From positions 22,878,001 through 22,942,000 of the forward strand of contig NC_043021.1 of the NCBI RefSeq assembly GCF_006345805.1: 64,000 bases of DNA, written 5' to 3'. The notes beneath the pieces were generated by a model. The model saw only the letters and a program-made list of their open reading frames with translations. It searched no databases and had not been told where the DNA came from. Within the stretch, counting starts at the first letter, position 1. The number at the start of each line of letters is the position of its first letter. Made by a program: the position numbers and the translations under genes. Shown here one piece after another: positions 12,600-25,984 of the stretch. This DNA is from Octopus sinensis. Its lineage: Eukaryota.

Positions 12600-12981
12600 G
12601 TTTGTTTGCTTGTTTGTCTGTTGAGCGGGGCGGTTTTCGTCGGTAGTGGGAGAAGTCCGAAACGTGGTCCTTTTGCTATTCGTAAGACCCGCAGAAGACA
12701 AAGCAGGTCAACCCCCGACACCGAGTGCATCGACGGATGGGTGAATGCGCATCCAGGCTCAGTGGTTGCGTAGGAAGTCGGGGACAAGAAACAGGAAGAA
12801 AGAGTGAGAGAAAGTTGGGGGCGAAAGAGCACAACAGGGGTCGCCACCACCCCCTGCCGGAGCCGCGTGGAGCTTTAGCTGATTTCGCTCAATAAACACA
12901 CACAACGCCCGGTCTGGGAATCGAAACCGCGATCCTCTGACCGCGAGTCCGCTGCCCTAACTACTGGGCCATTGCGCCTCC
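12600..12981 (-). mobile_element. SINE family B (tRNA-like head, core, tail variant A ending in (AAAC)n)
   Basis: rc head ggaggcgcaatggcccagtagttagggcagcggactc...ggtttcgattccc carries A and B boxes. The core is shared with 15741-16050. Confidence 0.85.
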
Positions 12982-14145
12982 TGTTGTTGCTGTTGTAGTT
13001 GTTGTTGTTGTAGGTGTTGGTGGTGGTGGTGGTGGTGGTGGTGGTAGTGACGATTGATGATGCTTACAATGCTCTATGTATTTCTTAAAATTACGAAGAG
13101 CTTGAACATTTGAAAATACAATTTTTTTACTTCTCTGTTACTGTTCCGTGTTGTGTATCTTCTAAATTCTAAAAGATTCTTATCAAGTACACCTACTCCT
13201 AAACACATACCACCAATAAATATACCATCTATTTTTCACGTATATTGAATATCAAGCATTTTATTCTATATAATATTACGTTATACAATATTGCTCTTTA
13301 TACAACGTGGCGTGTTGGTGGAATGAGATACGGCGTATATGTCTATTAAAACCATCAATCTCCTACGCACTACTACAGCAATGATAATTCTGATAAGTGA
13401 CGCTTCCGAGGAAAACTCTCACTATTTGTATTGTGTTGATTTTCCGTTGTTTTACCATTCTATACTAGAAAACAAAAGAGTTCTTAGTTTCTTTGTTAAT
13501 TTTCTGTATCGCATTCTTGTTTATAATCTAAGTTTCGTTGTGGTTGTTGACAGATTTCTTAAACATAATTTCATTACAAGTGTCTTCAGTTCTGTTTTTT
13601 TTTTTAACTTCTTTCTTAGTTAAAATAGAATTGAAATTTTTCCCAATGAATAATGAACAAATCTATTGAAATTCTGCTGTTCTATATACAATATTTGACA
13701 TCAGCAAAGAAGAACAACGCCAATATCATCAGTATCAGAACTAGTTTCAGAATATTATATACAAAATACTGGCAATAAAACAATAGAAAAGAAACAACAG
13801 TGTTAAGTTTGTTGCGCTTTTTCTATTATACAATTGTAATTTTCTAAGTATCTCGTTTCATTTTTTTTAGAATCGTGTGTTTTATAAAGTTTACTGAAGC
13901 ATATACAAATTGCACATGGCGTAAGAGACAAAACTGTTATTTTTATCGTTTTTACTACTATTATGTTTGTCCCCACTTATAAAGCATGCCAAATGAGATT
14001 TTTTTTTTTAATTGAGTTTCAATACAGCGTGTTTAATATCTCTAAAGAATGATAACCGATATAAATATTGTTTGCTTGATTGCTTGGTCGGTTGGTTGGT
14101 TGATTCTCCAGTCATGCTTATAGAGAAGAACAGAGAGAGTGAGTG

Positions 14146-14188
<43 letters not shown>

Positions 14189-14789
14189 AATGAAGAAGCA
14201 GTTAACATAAAAGGAATAAGATGAGGGCCCTTATTAAGCTTGCAATGAGTAAATGGACGCAACACTTAGATGCTCACTCACACACACAACCACACCCATA
14301 CGCATACACACACGTACTTACACAAGCAACACATACACATGTACACTCTGGCAGACAAATTTATGGAGTGGGAGAGGAGACGCATGCAAAGGTTTATGTG
14401 TCTGTATACATACACATATATATATATGCAAATAGAGAGAACGTGAGAGAGAGATGGGGTGAGAAGGAGAGAGACAAAGAAACAGATGGGTAGAAGTCCA
14501 ATGTAAAAATTCAACACCGGAGTAATTCTGTTTTGAATTATTTTTTTGTTAAAATTTTAATATTGTTTTATGTAATTACATTCTACTGAACGAGATATTT
14601 TTTTTTTGTCTTTTGGAAATTAGAATTTATGTAATTATTTTCTATAAGCACCGAGAAATTTAATAAAATATAACTTATAATTATTGTATGTATGTCATAT
14701 GCAGCATTATTACCAATGAAGACATATGACTTCTTTCAACTATAATTATCATACGACCAGTCAAGTACATACCAAGGCGTGCGTGTGTG

Positions 14790-14833
14790 TATATGTCTAT
14801 GTATAAACGTGTATAAATACATACATTGATATA

Positions 14834-14883
<50 letters not shown>

Positions 14884-14906
14884 TATATACATACATACAT
14901 ATATGC

Positions 14907-14948
<42 letters not shown>

Positions 14949-15027
14949 CTATGTATATATGTATGTAAATATATATATATATATATATATACATATAGAT
15001 ATATGTATATATATATATATGTATATG

Positions 15028-15077
<50 letters not shown>

Positions 15078-15117
15078 CATATATATATATATTATATATA
15101 TATATATATATACATAC

Positions 15118-15208
<91 letters not shown>

Positions 15209-15222
15209 ATGTATATATATAA
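14790..15222. repeat. Long (TA)n microsatellite
   Basis: Directly visible. Confidence 0.95.
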
Positions 15223-15576
15223 TGCTAGCTTCATTAGCACCTCATGTTGTACCTTGCCTAACCTGTTATTCCAGAATCGAAAATTCAGAGTGAGATCCTT
15301 CGATTGATACAAAGAGAGCACAACACACGTCTACGATAAGATCTAGTAGGCTTAATATATAAGTATCGCAGGCAGTGGCACTCATGGCTTCTGATCGTAA
15401 CTGATTGGAAGTGTTATCATCTACACGTTTTCTTTATTTGTTGTTGTGAAAGATGGGCTACAGTAAATATTCTACTCAATACTTCAGATTCGCCTGTCAG
15501 TTGTTTGACCTAATATAATATAATGTAATTTCATATTATACATGCATACATAGGTACACGCGTGCATATGTATATA

Positions 15577-15626
<50 letters not shown>

Positions 15627-15690
15627 CATACATACACACACACGCACACACACACATACACACACACACACATACACACACACACACACA

Positions 15691-15740
<50 letters not shown>

Positions 15741-16050
15741 GGAGTGCAATGGCCCAGTGGTTCGGGCAGTGGACTCGCGGTCGTAGGATCGCGGTTTCGA
15801 TTCCCAGACCGGGCGTTGTGAGTGTTTATTGAGGGAAAGTACCTAAAGCTCCACGAGGCTCCGGCAGGGGTTGGTGGCGACCCCTGCTGTACTCTTACGC
15901 CACAACTTTCTCTCACTCTTACTTCCTGTTGGCCTGCTCGCTTAGCCAGCAGCGTGGCGTCATTTGAAGGCTAAAACAATGCGAAGCGCATTGTGACCAG
16001 CGATGTGTAGTAACATCTGATAGCCTAATCAGTCACGGTGATCACCGTGA
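15741..16050 (+). mobile_element. SINE family B with tail variant B
   Basis: Same head and core as 12600-12981, then ggcctgctcgcttagcc...cacggtgatcaccgtga. Confidence 0.85.
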
Positions 16051-16146
16051 TATATACATACATATGCACATATTCATTTAACCTTGCTTAGAAATTGTTC
16101 TATGAAGAAATTTCCGACTGTTTTAAAATGTTTTGAAAGCGTTTAC

Positions 16147-16263
16147 CTTATATATTTAAAAATGTATGAAATGTATCTTCCGGTCTCGCCCATTGTACAG
16201 GTATCCATGTCAGTAGCACTAGGAGTGCACGCGTGAATTCCTTTATTCTTCCACACTTGAAGG
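16147..16263 (-). CDS. Candidate exon, 117 nt (LQVWKNKGIHACTPSATDMDTCTMGETGRYISYIFKYI)
   Basis: Acceptor tactttttttttgcag and donor AAG|gtaaac; frame open and compatible with the two candidate exons upstream; no homology recognised. Confidence 0.35.
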
Positions 16264-16552
16264 CTGCAAAAAAAAAGTAATTAACATTTGCAAACACTCC
16301 TCGATTCTATCACTAATTCCATATCTGTTGACTGTCTTCTCTAATGCTCTACACATTTTCTTGGCTACTTCGCTTCCGAAGACTTTCTAAAGAATACCAA
16401 TTATTACATCAGGCATTCCTGAAATTTATCCTAAGAGAAGAAAAGTTCATTTTCGTTTTCCATAGTTTTTTACTCTTTTGGCTCCATTTCATTTCATCAC
16501 ACATTGTCTGTATTTTTTCCTACATTCCAACTTTTCAAATATGTATTCTTAC

Positions 16553-16580
16553 CTAATATGACCAAATTTTTCTCCAAAGT
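16553..16580 (-). CDS. Candidate 28-nt exon (FGEKFGHI)
   Basis: Acceptor tttaatgtgttttttatag and donor TAG|gtaaga. Confidence 0.35.
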
Positions 16581-17188
16581 CTATAAAAAACACATTAAAT
16601 GTAAATACAATATACAAACTATATTTCAAACTTCTTTTTTATCAGGTCGACATTTCATTGTTGCTGTTGTTTTCTCTATCTCGGTTTCAAACTTCATTTC
16701 TACATTTCATTCATTTATTTTTTTCATTATCTACATAGCTTTTATGTTCAATATTCTCTTTCACGAGATTCGCAAACCATTCTAAGTATTCTTGATAAAT
16801 AGCAGCGCCTGACATCTTTTGACCATAAATATATTATGGCTTGTATTTTCAAATAAATGATATGCGTATGAACATGTACATACAATCACATACAGTGTTT
16901 GCCTGTCAGTCCTCACGAACCCAAATGCTCTAGAAAGCCCTCTTCCAACACATACGCTCAGATTTTTGATCAGCAGATGTGCCTCCCACTTTCCTGTAAC
17001 TGTAACACTGTGTCTGGTTCTCCCACCAATTAGCTATTCTATGACGGGATCTTGGGTTCTGAACGTCTTGGAATAATGCCGTCGCTAAGTAATTATTGGG
17101 TAGAATTGTAGATCTGCATAAGAATTTCGTCTTCGCTAAGATTTAAAAATTCAAATTTTGAAAGAATTTCAAATATATGTGAACTTAC

Positions 17189-17233
17189 AAGTGTTTGATT
17201 TAATCTGATTTAAAGCAATACCATGTTGGTAGG
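17189..17233 (-). CDS. Candidate 45-nt exon (YQHGIALNQIKSNT)
   Basis: Acceptor gcatttatttgtag and donor CTT|gtaagt; open in the phase 1-1 reading that joins the next two exons. Confidence 0.33.
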
Positions 17234-19731
17234 CTACAAATAAATGCTTTATTATTACAGGCCCACTTAACTTTGGGACCCAGGGTCAATTAGATTTCCG
17301 CAGGAGCAAATTTATAGGCCCGCATGGAATTCGGCTTTTAAGCTAGTATCAAATAATTTTCAATAGTAACATGGAATAAAGGGTACTTGTAGATAAGTAT
17401 AAATGATACTAGTTTATTAATACTGACAGTGCGAAATACTAGCATGTGTACCATTAGACTAACCGGAAAGCTGCATGAATTTGAAATACCTACTCAAAAG
17501 TAGTGTGGGTTATAAAATATTCCCTACCATCAGCATCCGGATAAGTCTATAGTATCAGTCTAGATATTTTGGTTATATTCATGCCACTCCTATTTTTCGC
17601 TAAACTTTGCCTTGGTGATTTCCTACTCGACTAATTTATGAGCGATACCATACAAAAGATATTACAAGTACAGCCGTTTTAATGCAATGTTTAATGCTTG
17701 TAAGATAGTTGTTGAATAGCTGGGATTTCGTTGAATTTTCTACTGAAGTGAGCAATATTTTTGTTCTTCATGTATAGTTTAATTGTATCATATATTGTAA
17801 TGTTTCGTATTGTTGCAATATAATAGATTGTCCTCCACAGGTCAAGCTGGTCCTTCGTTTTAGTAATTATATTGCGTTGGACATGGGCGGGAATCATGTA
17901 AAACTCTAATGGGGTGAAGTATCATGCTTTGTATTATTTTTAGTTGTTTCTGATAACATGAAGGGAAACGGTTGGTGGACTTAGGGATGAAGTTTCTCTT
18001 CCATGGCTGACGCTCCCTTTTTAAAACTTATTTTATTTATTTACCATGTTTTCTTTATTTACCATGGTTTGTACGTGCACTGTGTATTTGGGAATGCGTT
18101 GCAACGGTTTTCAATAGTAATGTGCATTGTGATGCTATCTGAGCACTTCGCATTTCATGGTTTTCATTCCTTAAATTCTTCCATATGAATTTGGTATTAA
18201 ATTGCTTGCTCGAAAAGGGTCGAGAGATTTGAGTTAGATTCGGGATGCTGGACTGGATTATATAAAGTTTCTTTATGATGCCAAGATTATATTTCCGAAT
18301 CCCATTTATGATTCAAAGATCGACAATTCTATATTCAATTTACTTCCGTTATCTCGTGCTTACTCCGGAAGTAATTTCGATAATGCAATGTTACATAATA
18401 TAGAACTTTGCCTGAACGAGCTGTTTTCCTGATCGAGTAATGTTTTCAAACGGATATACCATAAAAGATGTGTAGCTGGTATTATATTCTTTAGGAGGCA
18501 CTTCCCTTTAAGGGACTGGATTCTTTATTACGATAGTTGCATATCTGGTCAATAGCATCAGCATTTGATCATGTGATTCTTGCATTGTATTAGTTTCTGT
18601 TTCTGCAAACGTATAACATGTGACTGAATTTCGGATTTATGATCTTTCTTTTAAACAGCTGATTGAACACTTTGCTATTATGGAAGTGTTTATCGATCTC
18701 AGAGAGAAACCTTTAGATATATGTTAAATAAGATATAAAAAAAATAGATAAAATATACAGCAGTATACTGAATGGATACCGGTGTCTTAATATAGATCTG
18801 TGCATCATAAAAAAGTGGAAAAACTAATCTCAGATGAGGCAAATGCCAGAAAGAGCTCTAAAATACAGTGGTTTATTACACAACTGCATCTCTTTTATTA
18901 TTGGAGTGAATTTAGTTTCGCAACTCGTGTTTGGCATTGTAAATTACAGTTATTAGAAGGCAGTATGAATCATGAACATCGCTGCCAATCCATTGTTATA
19001 GCTACATTGTCTATATTGTGCAAAATTTTCAATCACCAGATCTTATTGGAGTTAACTTGTTCCTTTTGTTATTTCCTTTTTAATATTCGAACCTATCCCT
19101 TATATATAGTCAGTCTCTGTCTACTGGTAGCAAAGATAGCGTTGCTATGCACGTGCTACATATGTGAGACCCTATTCTCATTCGTCTTTAGTATGTATGC
19201 TACTTACCTACAATATATTCACATGCCTCATCAAAATTGCTCTTACCATCTATCTACCAACATGGGTGTATACACACATACACACGCAAGCATAAACACA
19301 CACAAGCATAAACACATACACACACACATATATGCACGTAGATATTGTAGAATGCTGTATTATGTTATATTATGTGTTATAATGTTTAGGAAGAATCGTA
19401 ATTGATACAACCAAATAAGCAAATGCAGGCTTTGTTTGCTTGGATATATTTCATTCTTCATTTATATTCGAAATCAAGAGACGAGTGAAATATATACAAG
19501 CAACAACTTGTAAATGTATTTGTTGGATTCCAGTTATAACACTTCCGGAATAATACAACAATGAATATAGCCACGCACATTTACATAAATATTCTTGCAT
19601 AACACCTTCAAAATTGCTATCTTATATATATAATAGGGGCAAAATTGATTTTATATTTAAGTAAAAAAAAAATATTAAAATTGCTGGTTTTAATTAAAAT
19701 TTGAAATTAGTATTTATTATTTACATCTTAA

Positions 19732-19925
19732 GGCGGCATACTGAGTGACCTGTTAGCATGCCGGAGAAAATACTTAACGGCATTTTTACCTCTTTATGTT
19801 ATAGTTTCAAATTTGGCCGAAGTCGACGTTGCATTTCAACCATTCTTGGTCGATGGAATAAGTACCAAGTGAGCAGTGTCATTGATGTAACCGACTACCC
19901 TTCTCTTGAGTTTGTAGCAGACAAA
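19732..19925 (+). mobile_element. Decayed SINE family A
   Basis: ggcggc..ctgagtgacctgttagcatgccgg...gtcgacgttgcatttcaaccattc...aataagtacc. Confidence 0.65.
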
Positions 19926-20137
19926 AATTTTATTCTGTTGGTGTTTTGGCACCCTGAATATAACTTTTACTGATAATTCTTCTGGCCATTTGTGCTCTGT
20001 TTTCAAATTAGTCATACTTTGTGAGTCAATATGATAAGTATCATTTGGACGCTAGTGTCAGTGTAATAGACACCAACCCTTTCTTAGAAATAGTGGTCAC
20101 AATTATAATCGGAAACCGCTATTTATCATTTATAAAA

Positions 20138-20325
20138 CAGCGAGCTAGAAGAAGTATCAGCACTCCGGTTAAAATGCTTAGTGGCATTTCGTATGTCTTT
20201 ACGTTCTGGGTTCAAAATCCACCAAGGTCGACTTCGCTTTTTATCCTTTCGGGATCAATAAATTAGGTACTTGTCATTTACTTTCTCTCAAATTCCAGGT
20301 CTCGTGCCTGTAGTAGAAAGGATTA
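20138..20325 (+). mobile_element. SINE family A monomer (tail T)
   Basis: aaaatgcttagtggcatttcgt...ggtcgacttcgcttttatcctttcggg...gtgcctgtagtagaaagg. Confidence 0.75.
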
Positions 20326-21152
20326 CTTATTTGTATTTCAGGGCGGTACGCCTGTGAAATTATTAGCAGGCCGGAAAAAAAATAGCTAGTGGCACTACTT
20401 ATAGCTTTGCTTTTAAGGGCGACACTTGTTTTATGCCCTTCGAAACGGTGAAGTAAGTACCATTTGGACAGGGATCTCGATGGAATTGCGTTTCCCCTGA
20501 CATCGGATTTACTGGCTTTGTGACAAAAATCCTAAAAATATTACTAATTTAATTACCAATTTACGACACAATGTTCAACGAGTGTCAAATACTGTATCCT
20601 TTCAGTTCTACTTTTAATCAAGCAAATCCTAAGAAAATAACACATATTTTAGATACGTTATGAATATTTTAAATACATCTTTATACTGATACCCCTACTA
20701 CATCAACCATATTTTCGAACAGCTTCAATTAGCAGTTTAGTTTGCAAGTCACATTTTACTGCTACTGTGAGGGTATTTTACAAGAAGCTGTTCTCTTATT
20801 GAGTTTCAAAGAAGTTAATAGTTGTTCAGAGCTAACGAATGTTACGTGTGCTAACAAGGGAGTTAATATTTGAACTAATACATATACATATTTTTTATAT
20901 ATTTACTTTAGACTCTGAGACATTTAGTGTTAATATTGTTATCTTTAACCTCCTGATTGATCTTTTAACTGTTATCTTTTACCTCACTGCCACTATTTTA
21001 TATCATATTATCTCTTATCTCTTATCTGGCCATCAATACTTCTTCGACAGAGTTTGTTATCATGGCTTCTTTCAGCTCTTTTATCTTTTCCTACATACGT
21101 TTTTATAACTGTGTCTTCTTCCTTTTAGATCTATGCTACCGTTAATCATAGA

Positions 21153-21186
<34 letters not shown>

Positions 21187-21271
21187 GTTATTCACTCTCT
21201 ATCTCTTTTCCTCTCTCTGTTTCTCTACCATTCTTAAAATATATTTGTCCTTTTCTTCTGGTTTCTTGCAG

Positions 21272-21374
21272 CCGAAACTTCCAGAAATTATATTTTATTT
21301 CATCATTTATTTATTTGTTTGTGAACATTTTTATTAAGACTTATTTTATCACCGAGAAATACTGCGATGTTCAG
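21272..21374 (+). CDS. Candidate 103-nt exon (RNFQKLYFISSFIYLFVNIFIKTYFITEKYCDVQ)
   Basis: Very strong acceptor ttgtccttttcttctggtttcttgcag and donor CAG|gtaacg; exactly one frame is open; could be non-coding. Confidence 0.35.
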
Positions 21375-21379
21375 GTAAC

Positions 21380-21403
21380 GAAGTAGTAGTAGCAGCAGCA
21401 GCT

Positions 21404-21441
<38 letters not shown>

Positions 21442-21653
21442 TGTAGTAGTTGTTGTTGTTGTTGTAGTTGTTGTAGTTGTAGGAGCAGCAAGAGCAGCAG
21501 TAGTATTAGTAGTAGTAGTGCAGCTAGTGGTGGCGGTGATGGTGATGGTGGTAGCCGTTGTCTTGCAGTGGTGGTTGTAGCAGAATAGTAATGCGATAGT
21601 AGTAGTAGTAGAAGTAGTAGTAGTAGTAGTGGTGGTGTGGTGGTGGTGGTTGC

Positions 21654-21692
<39 letters not shown>

Positions 21693-21878
21693 TGTTGTTG
21701 TTGTTGTAGCAGCAGCAGCAGTAGTATTAGTAGTAGTAGTGCAGCTAGTGGTGGCGGTGATGGTGATGGTGGTAGCAGTTGCCTTGCAGTGGTGGTTGTA
21801 GCGGAATAGTAATGCGATAGTAGTAGTAGTAGAAGTAGTAGTAGTTGTAATAGTAGTGGTGGTGGTGGCAGCAGCAGC

Positions 21879-21920
<42 letters not shown>

Positions 21921-22024
21921 TGTTGTTGTTGTTGTTGTAGTGCAGGTAGTGGTGGCGGTGATGTTGAAGATGGTAGCGGAAGAGTAATGCGATAGTAGTA
22001 GTAGTAGTAGTAGTAGAATTAGTT

Positions 22025-22058
<34 letters not shown>

Positions 22059-22162
22059 AATTAGTAGTAGAATTAGTAGTAGTAGTAGTAGTAGTAGAGA
22101 TAGTAGTGGTAGTAGTAGTAGTGGTGGTGGTGGTAGAGGTAGTAGTAGTAGTAGTAGCAGTA

Positions 22163-22220
<58 letters not shown>

Positions 22221-22235
22221 GGTGGGGTAGTGTTA
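21380..22235. repeat. (TAG)/(TGG)/(TTG) trinucleotide array with ~200-220-bp higher-order units
   Basis: tagtattagtagtagtagtgcagctagtggtggcggtgatg recurs at 21501 and 21722, with a shortened third copy near 21937. Confidence 0.9.
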
Positions 22236-22504
22236 GTGGTGGTTTTGGCACTGGCAGTGGAAATTTTCCATGGTGTCTTTTTTTATGGCGAGCTTCTCCG
22301 CACACTGTTCGTATATGTTTGTTGTAACTATTGTGGTGGTATAATTAAGATATGCTTTACGGTATTCGACACGTTTGTATGGTTTCCTTTGTAGCGAAGG
22401 AGATTGTAATTGATTTAAATATTTATATGTTGCAGTTTGCAATGAGTTTGTAGCGACGTCCTTGTTGTAACGAAGCAATAATGTTTTTGACACGTGATAA
22501 TATT

Positions 22505-22896
22505 AAAGCTCAACGAGGCTCCGGCAGAGGGTGGTGGTGAATCCTGCTGTACTCTTTCACCGCAGATTTCTCTCACTCTTTCTTCCTTTTTTTCCATTGT
22601 ACCTGTATTTCAAAGGGTCAGCCTTGCCACGCTGAATCTCCCCAGGAAACTACGTTAAGGGTACACGTGTCATGGAGTGCTCGGCCACCTGCACGTCCAT
22701 AAATGAACTGCGACGTCACTGGTGCCAAGCTGTATCGGCCCCTTTGCCTTTCCTTTGGATAACATCAGTGGCGTGGAGAGGGGAAGCCGGTATGCATGGG
22801 TGACTGCTGGTCTTCCATAAACAACCTTGCTCAGACTTGTGCCTCGGAGGGTAACTTTCTAGGTGCAATCCCATGGTCATTCACGAACGAAGGTGG
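22505..22896 (+). mobile_element. Headless chimeric SINE (family B core + tail D piece + family C tail)
   Basis: aaagctc..cgaggctccggcag (B core), then gtacctgtatttcaaagggtcagcc (cf. 56582-56722), then gcgacgtcactggtgccaagctg...gcaatcccatggtca (cf. 58785-59000). Confidence 0.75.
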
Positions 22897-25800
22897 TCAC
22901 AATATAAGTTACACGAAGATATTACAGTCAAAAAATTTTAACCAAGACTATATTGTTTCATGCGTGTCTCTCTCTTGTAGCTGTTGTAATGTTTCTAGCG
23001 TTCGAAATTCTGCTAATATTTGCTGTTATAAGATCATTGCTACCATTCAGATCATAGTGTTTGCTCAATATGTTTGATGAAGATGACTTAGAAATGTGAT
23101 GCTATCACTGCTGCTTTCATAGATATGGTCGCTTAAACAAGGACGTCGATGATCAAACGTGTAGATATGTTGTAATTTTCAGAATGAAGATATACTGTAT
23201 TTTCCTTCATTGAAGTTGTAGTGTAAACATTTAAACGTTGTTGTTATTATATTTTCAAATCTTACTGGGTTTCGCATGGATTCTTCGGAATATGGTGTAC
23301 TAAATTCCTATTGGTATGTTAGTCCACCTACCATATTTGACAGTGAATTTTGGTCTGAAATATTTGAAATATATAAAGTTGTATTAAATACGAAAGAAAA
23401 ATACGGTACATGTATTGAAGCATGCGTTTGTACATGAATTTCTATAAATGAAACGTTACTTCAACACTCTACGTAATTTCAAGGTGAATCCGAAGGCAAA
23501 AGAAAAGTAGAATGTATTCTAGTTTCCGCCGATTTAGAATAAAGTGTAAACTTTTAAATATCATTGTAATCTTTCCAGGTCCTGATGGACTTCAAATGTA
23601 ATTTTGAGTCTTGGAAACTCGTCGCGATATATAAATTGACCAACATCTTTTGGGGGTAAATTTTGGTTTGAAAAATTTGACATGCGTTCTTGAATATTCG
23701 GCAGTAGCTTCTAAGTGTCCAACCTTATATTTATATGATAGCAATGGGAACCACCGCCACCACAACATCCATACCACATACCACATCCATACTCTATAAC
23801 AATGGTATGATGCTGTAATACTGGTGAAGTTATCATCATGTTGTAATAAGGGCAGTTGCATAAGAGTTATATATGAGTACGTGGGGGATGTGTGTGTACA
23901 TATATACACGTGTGTGTGTGTTTGTGTGTGTGCGTGTGCTTGGTGAACATAGAAGTTTATAATCTGTTTCTTGTGGCTAAAGTATTAATATCTGTTCGTC
24001 GCTGTGCATATCGTTGATGCTATCATAGATTAGTGTTAAGATGAAATCTTCAAATGAAAGTTTAATTCTTGACACCTTTCTTCAAATACAATATCATTCA
24101 TATTAACGTAATAGAATAATATCCATAAATAAATGCATCTTATATCATCTTATATCATGTCCAACATCATTCTTTGAATGTATGTCACATACATATTGTC
24201 TAACACATATCGAAAATCCGAGCGTATATTTTAGATTTCAACGCAGGGAGGATGTTTTAAAAACATACTTGTGAAATAAAAACAATTTAGATTTTTTTTT
24301 AAATTCTGGATTGAGATCAAATTTAAATTATAGATAACATTTGTGCTTTTTCTTTCACAAAACGGCTACTACTGGTGTCTACGTTTGGATAATCATCCGA
24401 TGATCTGGATAAACGACCTAAGCTAAAGCACTGTTTACTTTAGATCCTTGGAACGAAGCAATATTTAAAATGTGGCTCAGAAATTTTCTATGTATTTGCA
24501 TCATAAAAGCGCCACGATAACAGGGTATAAATAGTACTTAAATTTGGATCAAGAAAGATGTTTGTGACTAGGAAATTTATGATACTTATGAGCTGATCAT
24601 AAATGGTGCATAAGCTTGGATACAACCGATATTTAAAGACGGATAACTAGTAATCTTCATGTTTGGATCAACAATGATTACGGGTGTATCCATTAAAATT
24701 ATTATTCTGTTATATATAAATCATGTGATTCTTATTGATGTGATGACAACCGATGATCAAAGATAGCTCAGTGAGGATCAATGATAAGGATCATCCATGG
24801 ATTAAAATAGTTTAAAGTTCGTGGAATCAGAATGCTGACTATGACAATAACAGCAATCGTATTTGCAACCATATTGAAAATTATGTTTATTTTTTAGATG
24901 ACTAACGATTATATACATGGATAACATAGAGATTTGTTTCCTCTGGAATTAACTTTTCAATGAGTTACGGATACAGGTATAGCTATGGTGTTAAAAATTT
25001 CACTCCATAACTTCTTGCTTACAAATTAGAAACATATGTGCAGCCTCCCGAGCGAAACCGTGGTTTTACAGTTTGATGTCTGGCAGCCATGACTGTGTTC
25101 TGTTTGTTTGGTATGTAGTTGCCAGATATAGTGCCTTCTAGCAGCCCCCAATGACAGGGTGAATTACGCCATGGTGTTGTTTTTTCTCACAGACGGTGCC
25201 CAAGCGCCCCTACAATAATCTGTAGGCGACAAATTCAATATCAAACAATTCCTATATATATATGTATATATGTGTAGTGAATCCAAACAGAGCGGAATAA
25301 ATAAGAAAAAAGAACAATACCGCTAGGACGTTGTACAAGTACTGTATTATCAGACGCTCAGGAAAAGAAGGAAATATGATTCAACGTTTCGAGCAAAGCT
25401 CTTCTTCATAAATAGAGGAGAATCCATAGGAAGGGAAGATGGAGGAATAAAACCATACACACGTGGCTACATTTTGATATATATATATATACACACATGT
25501 ATAAATACGTGGTGGGTGCGTCTGTATACGTATGAATATATATGCGTGGTTATTTATGCGTGAATGTGCGTGTGTATGTATGTGAATATGTTTATTCAAA
25601 GTAGGTGCGTTTTAGGGAAAGAAATGCTAAAGCCCAATACTCGATTAAGTGTAATAACAAAAAAGTATTCAAATTATGTAATTTTAGTGAAAATAATCTG
25701 AACGAAAACACTTGAAAGTCAAGAACAAAACAAGAGTTAGTTCAACCAATGAAGTTTGGAAGACAACAAAACTGTAAAAGTAAATAGAATTTATGATGTG

Positions 25801-25932
25801 TATATATACATGCCATAATACGTGCATATTTTTCCACAATGATATTTGTGTTTCCGTAACACACATCCTTCTTAAGTTCAGGCGCAACAGAAACTTTTTC
25901 AGTTGGTTTGGGGAGAAGAAATAACTCCTCAC

Positions 25933-25984
25933 CTTGTATTATAGTGCAAGCCAGACGTAGCTTCAGGCAGGAATAATTTGTTAT
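25933..25984 (-). CDS. Candidate 52-nt exon
   Basis: Acceptor tttatttgtctatttgtaaatttctatccttag and donor AAG|gtgagg; two frames open (ITNYSCLKLRLACTIIQ or xNKLFLPEATSGLHYNT). Confidence 0.35.

Noticed and set aside
12900-12981. tRNA genes at SINE heads (also 15741, 59060-59117)
   Set aside because: A/B boxes are present but the cloverleaf acceptor stem is incomplete and the sequence runs on into SINE bodies.
16201-16276. Plus-strand reading of the 16.2-kb segment as an exon
   Set aside because: Possible (cattgtacag acceptor, AAA|gtaatt donor), but the minus reading has neighbouring exons in phase. The ambiguity lowers confidence in both.
18800-19405. 201-aa plus-strand ORF
   Set aside because: GTG start, no recognisable motif, and the last quarter is CA repeat; treated as chance unless expression data say otherwise.
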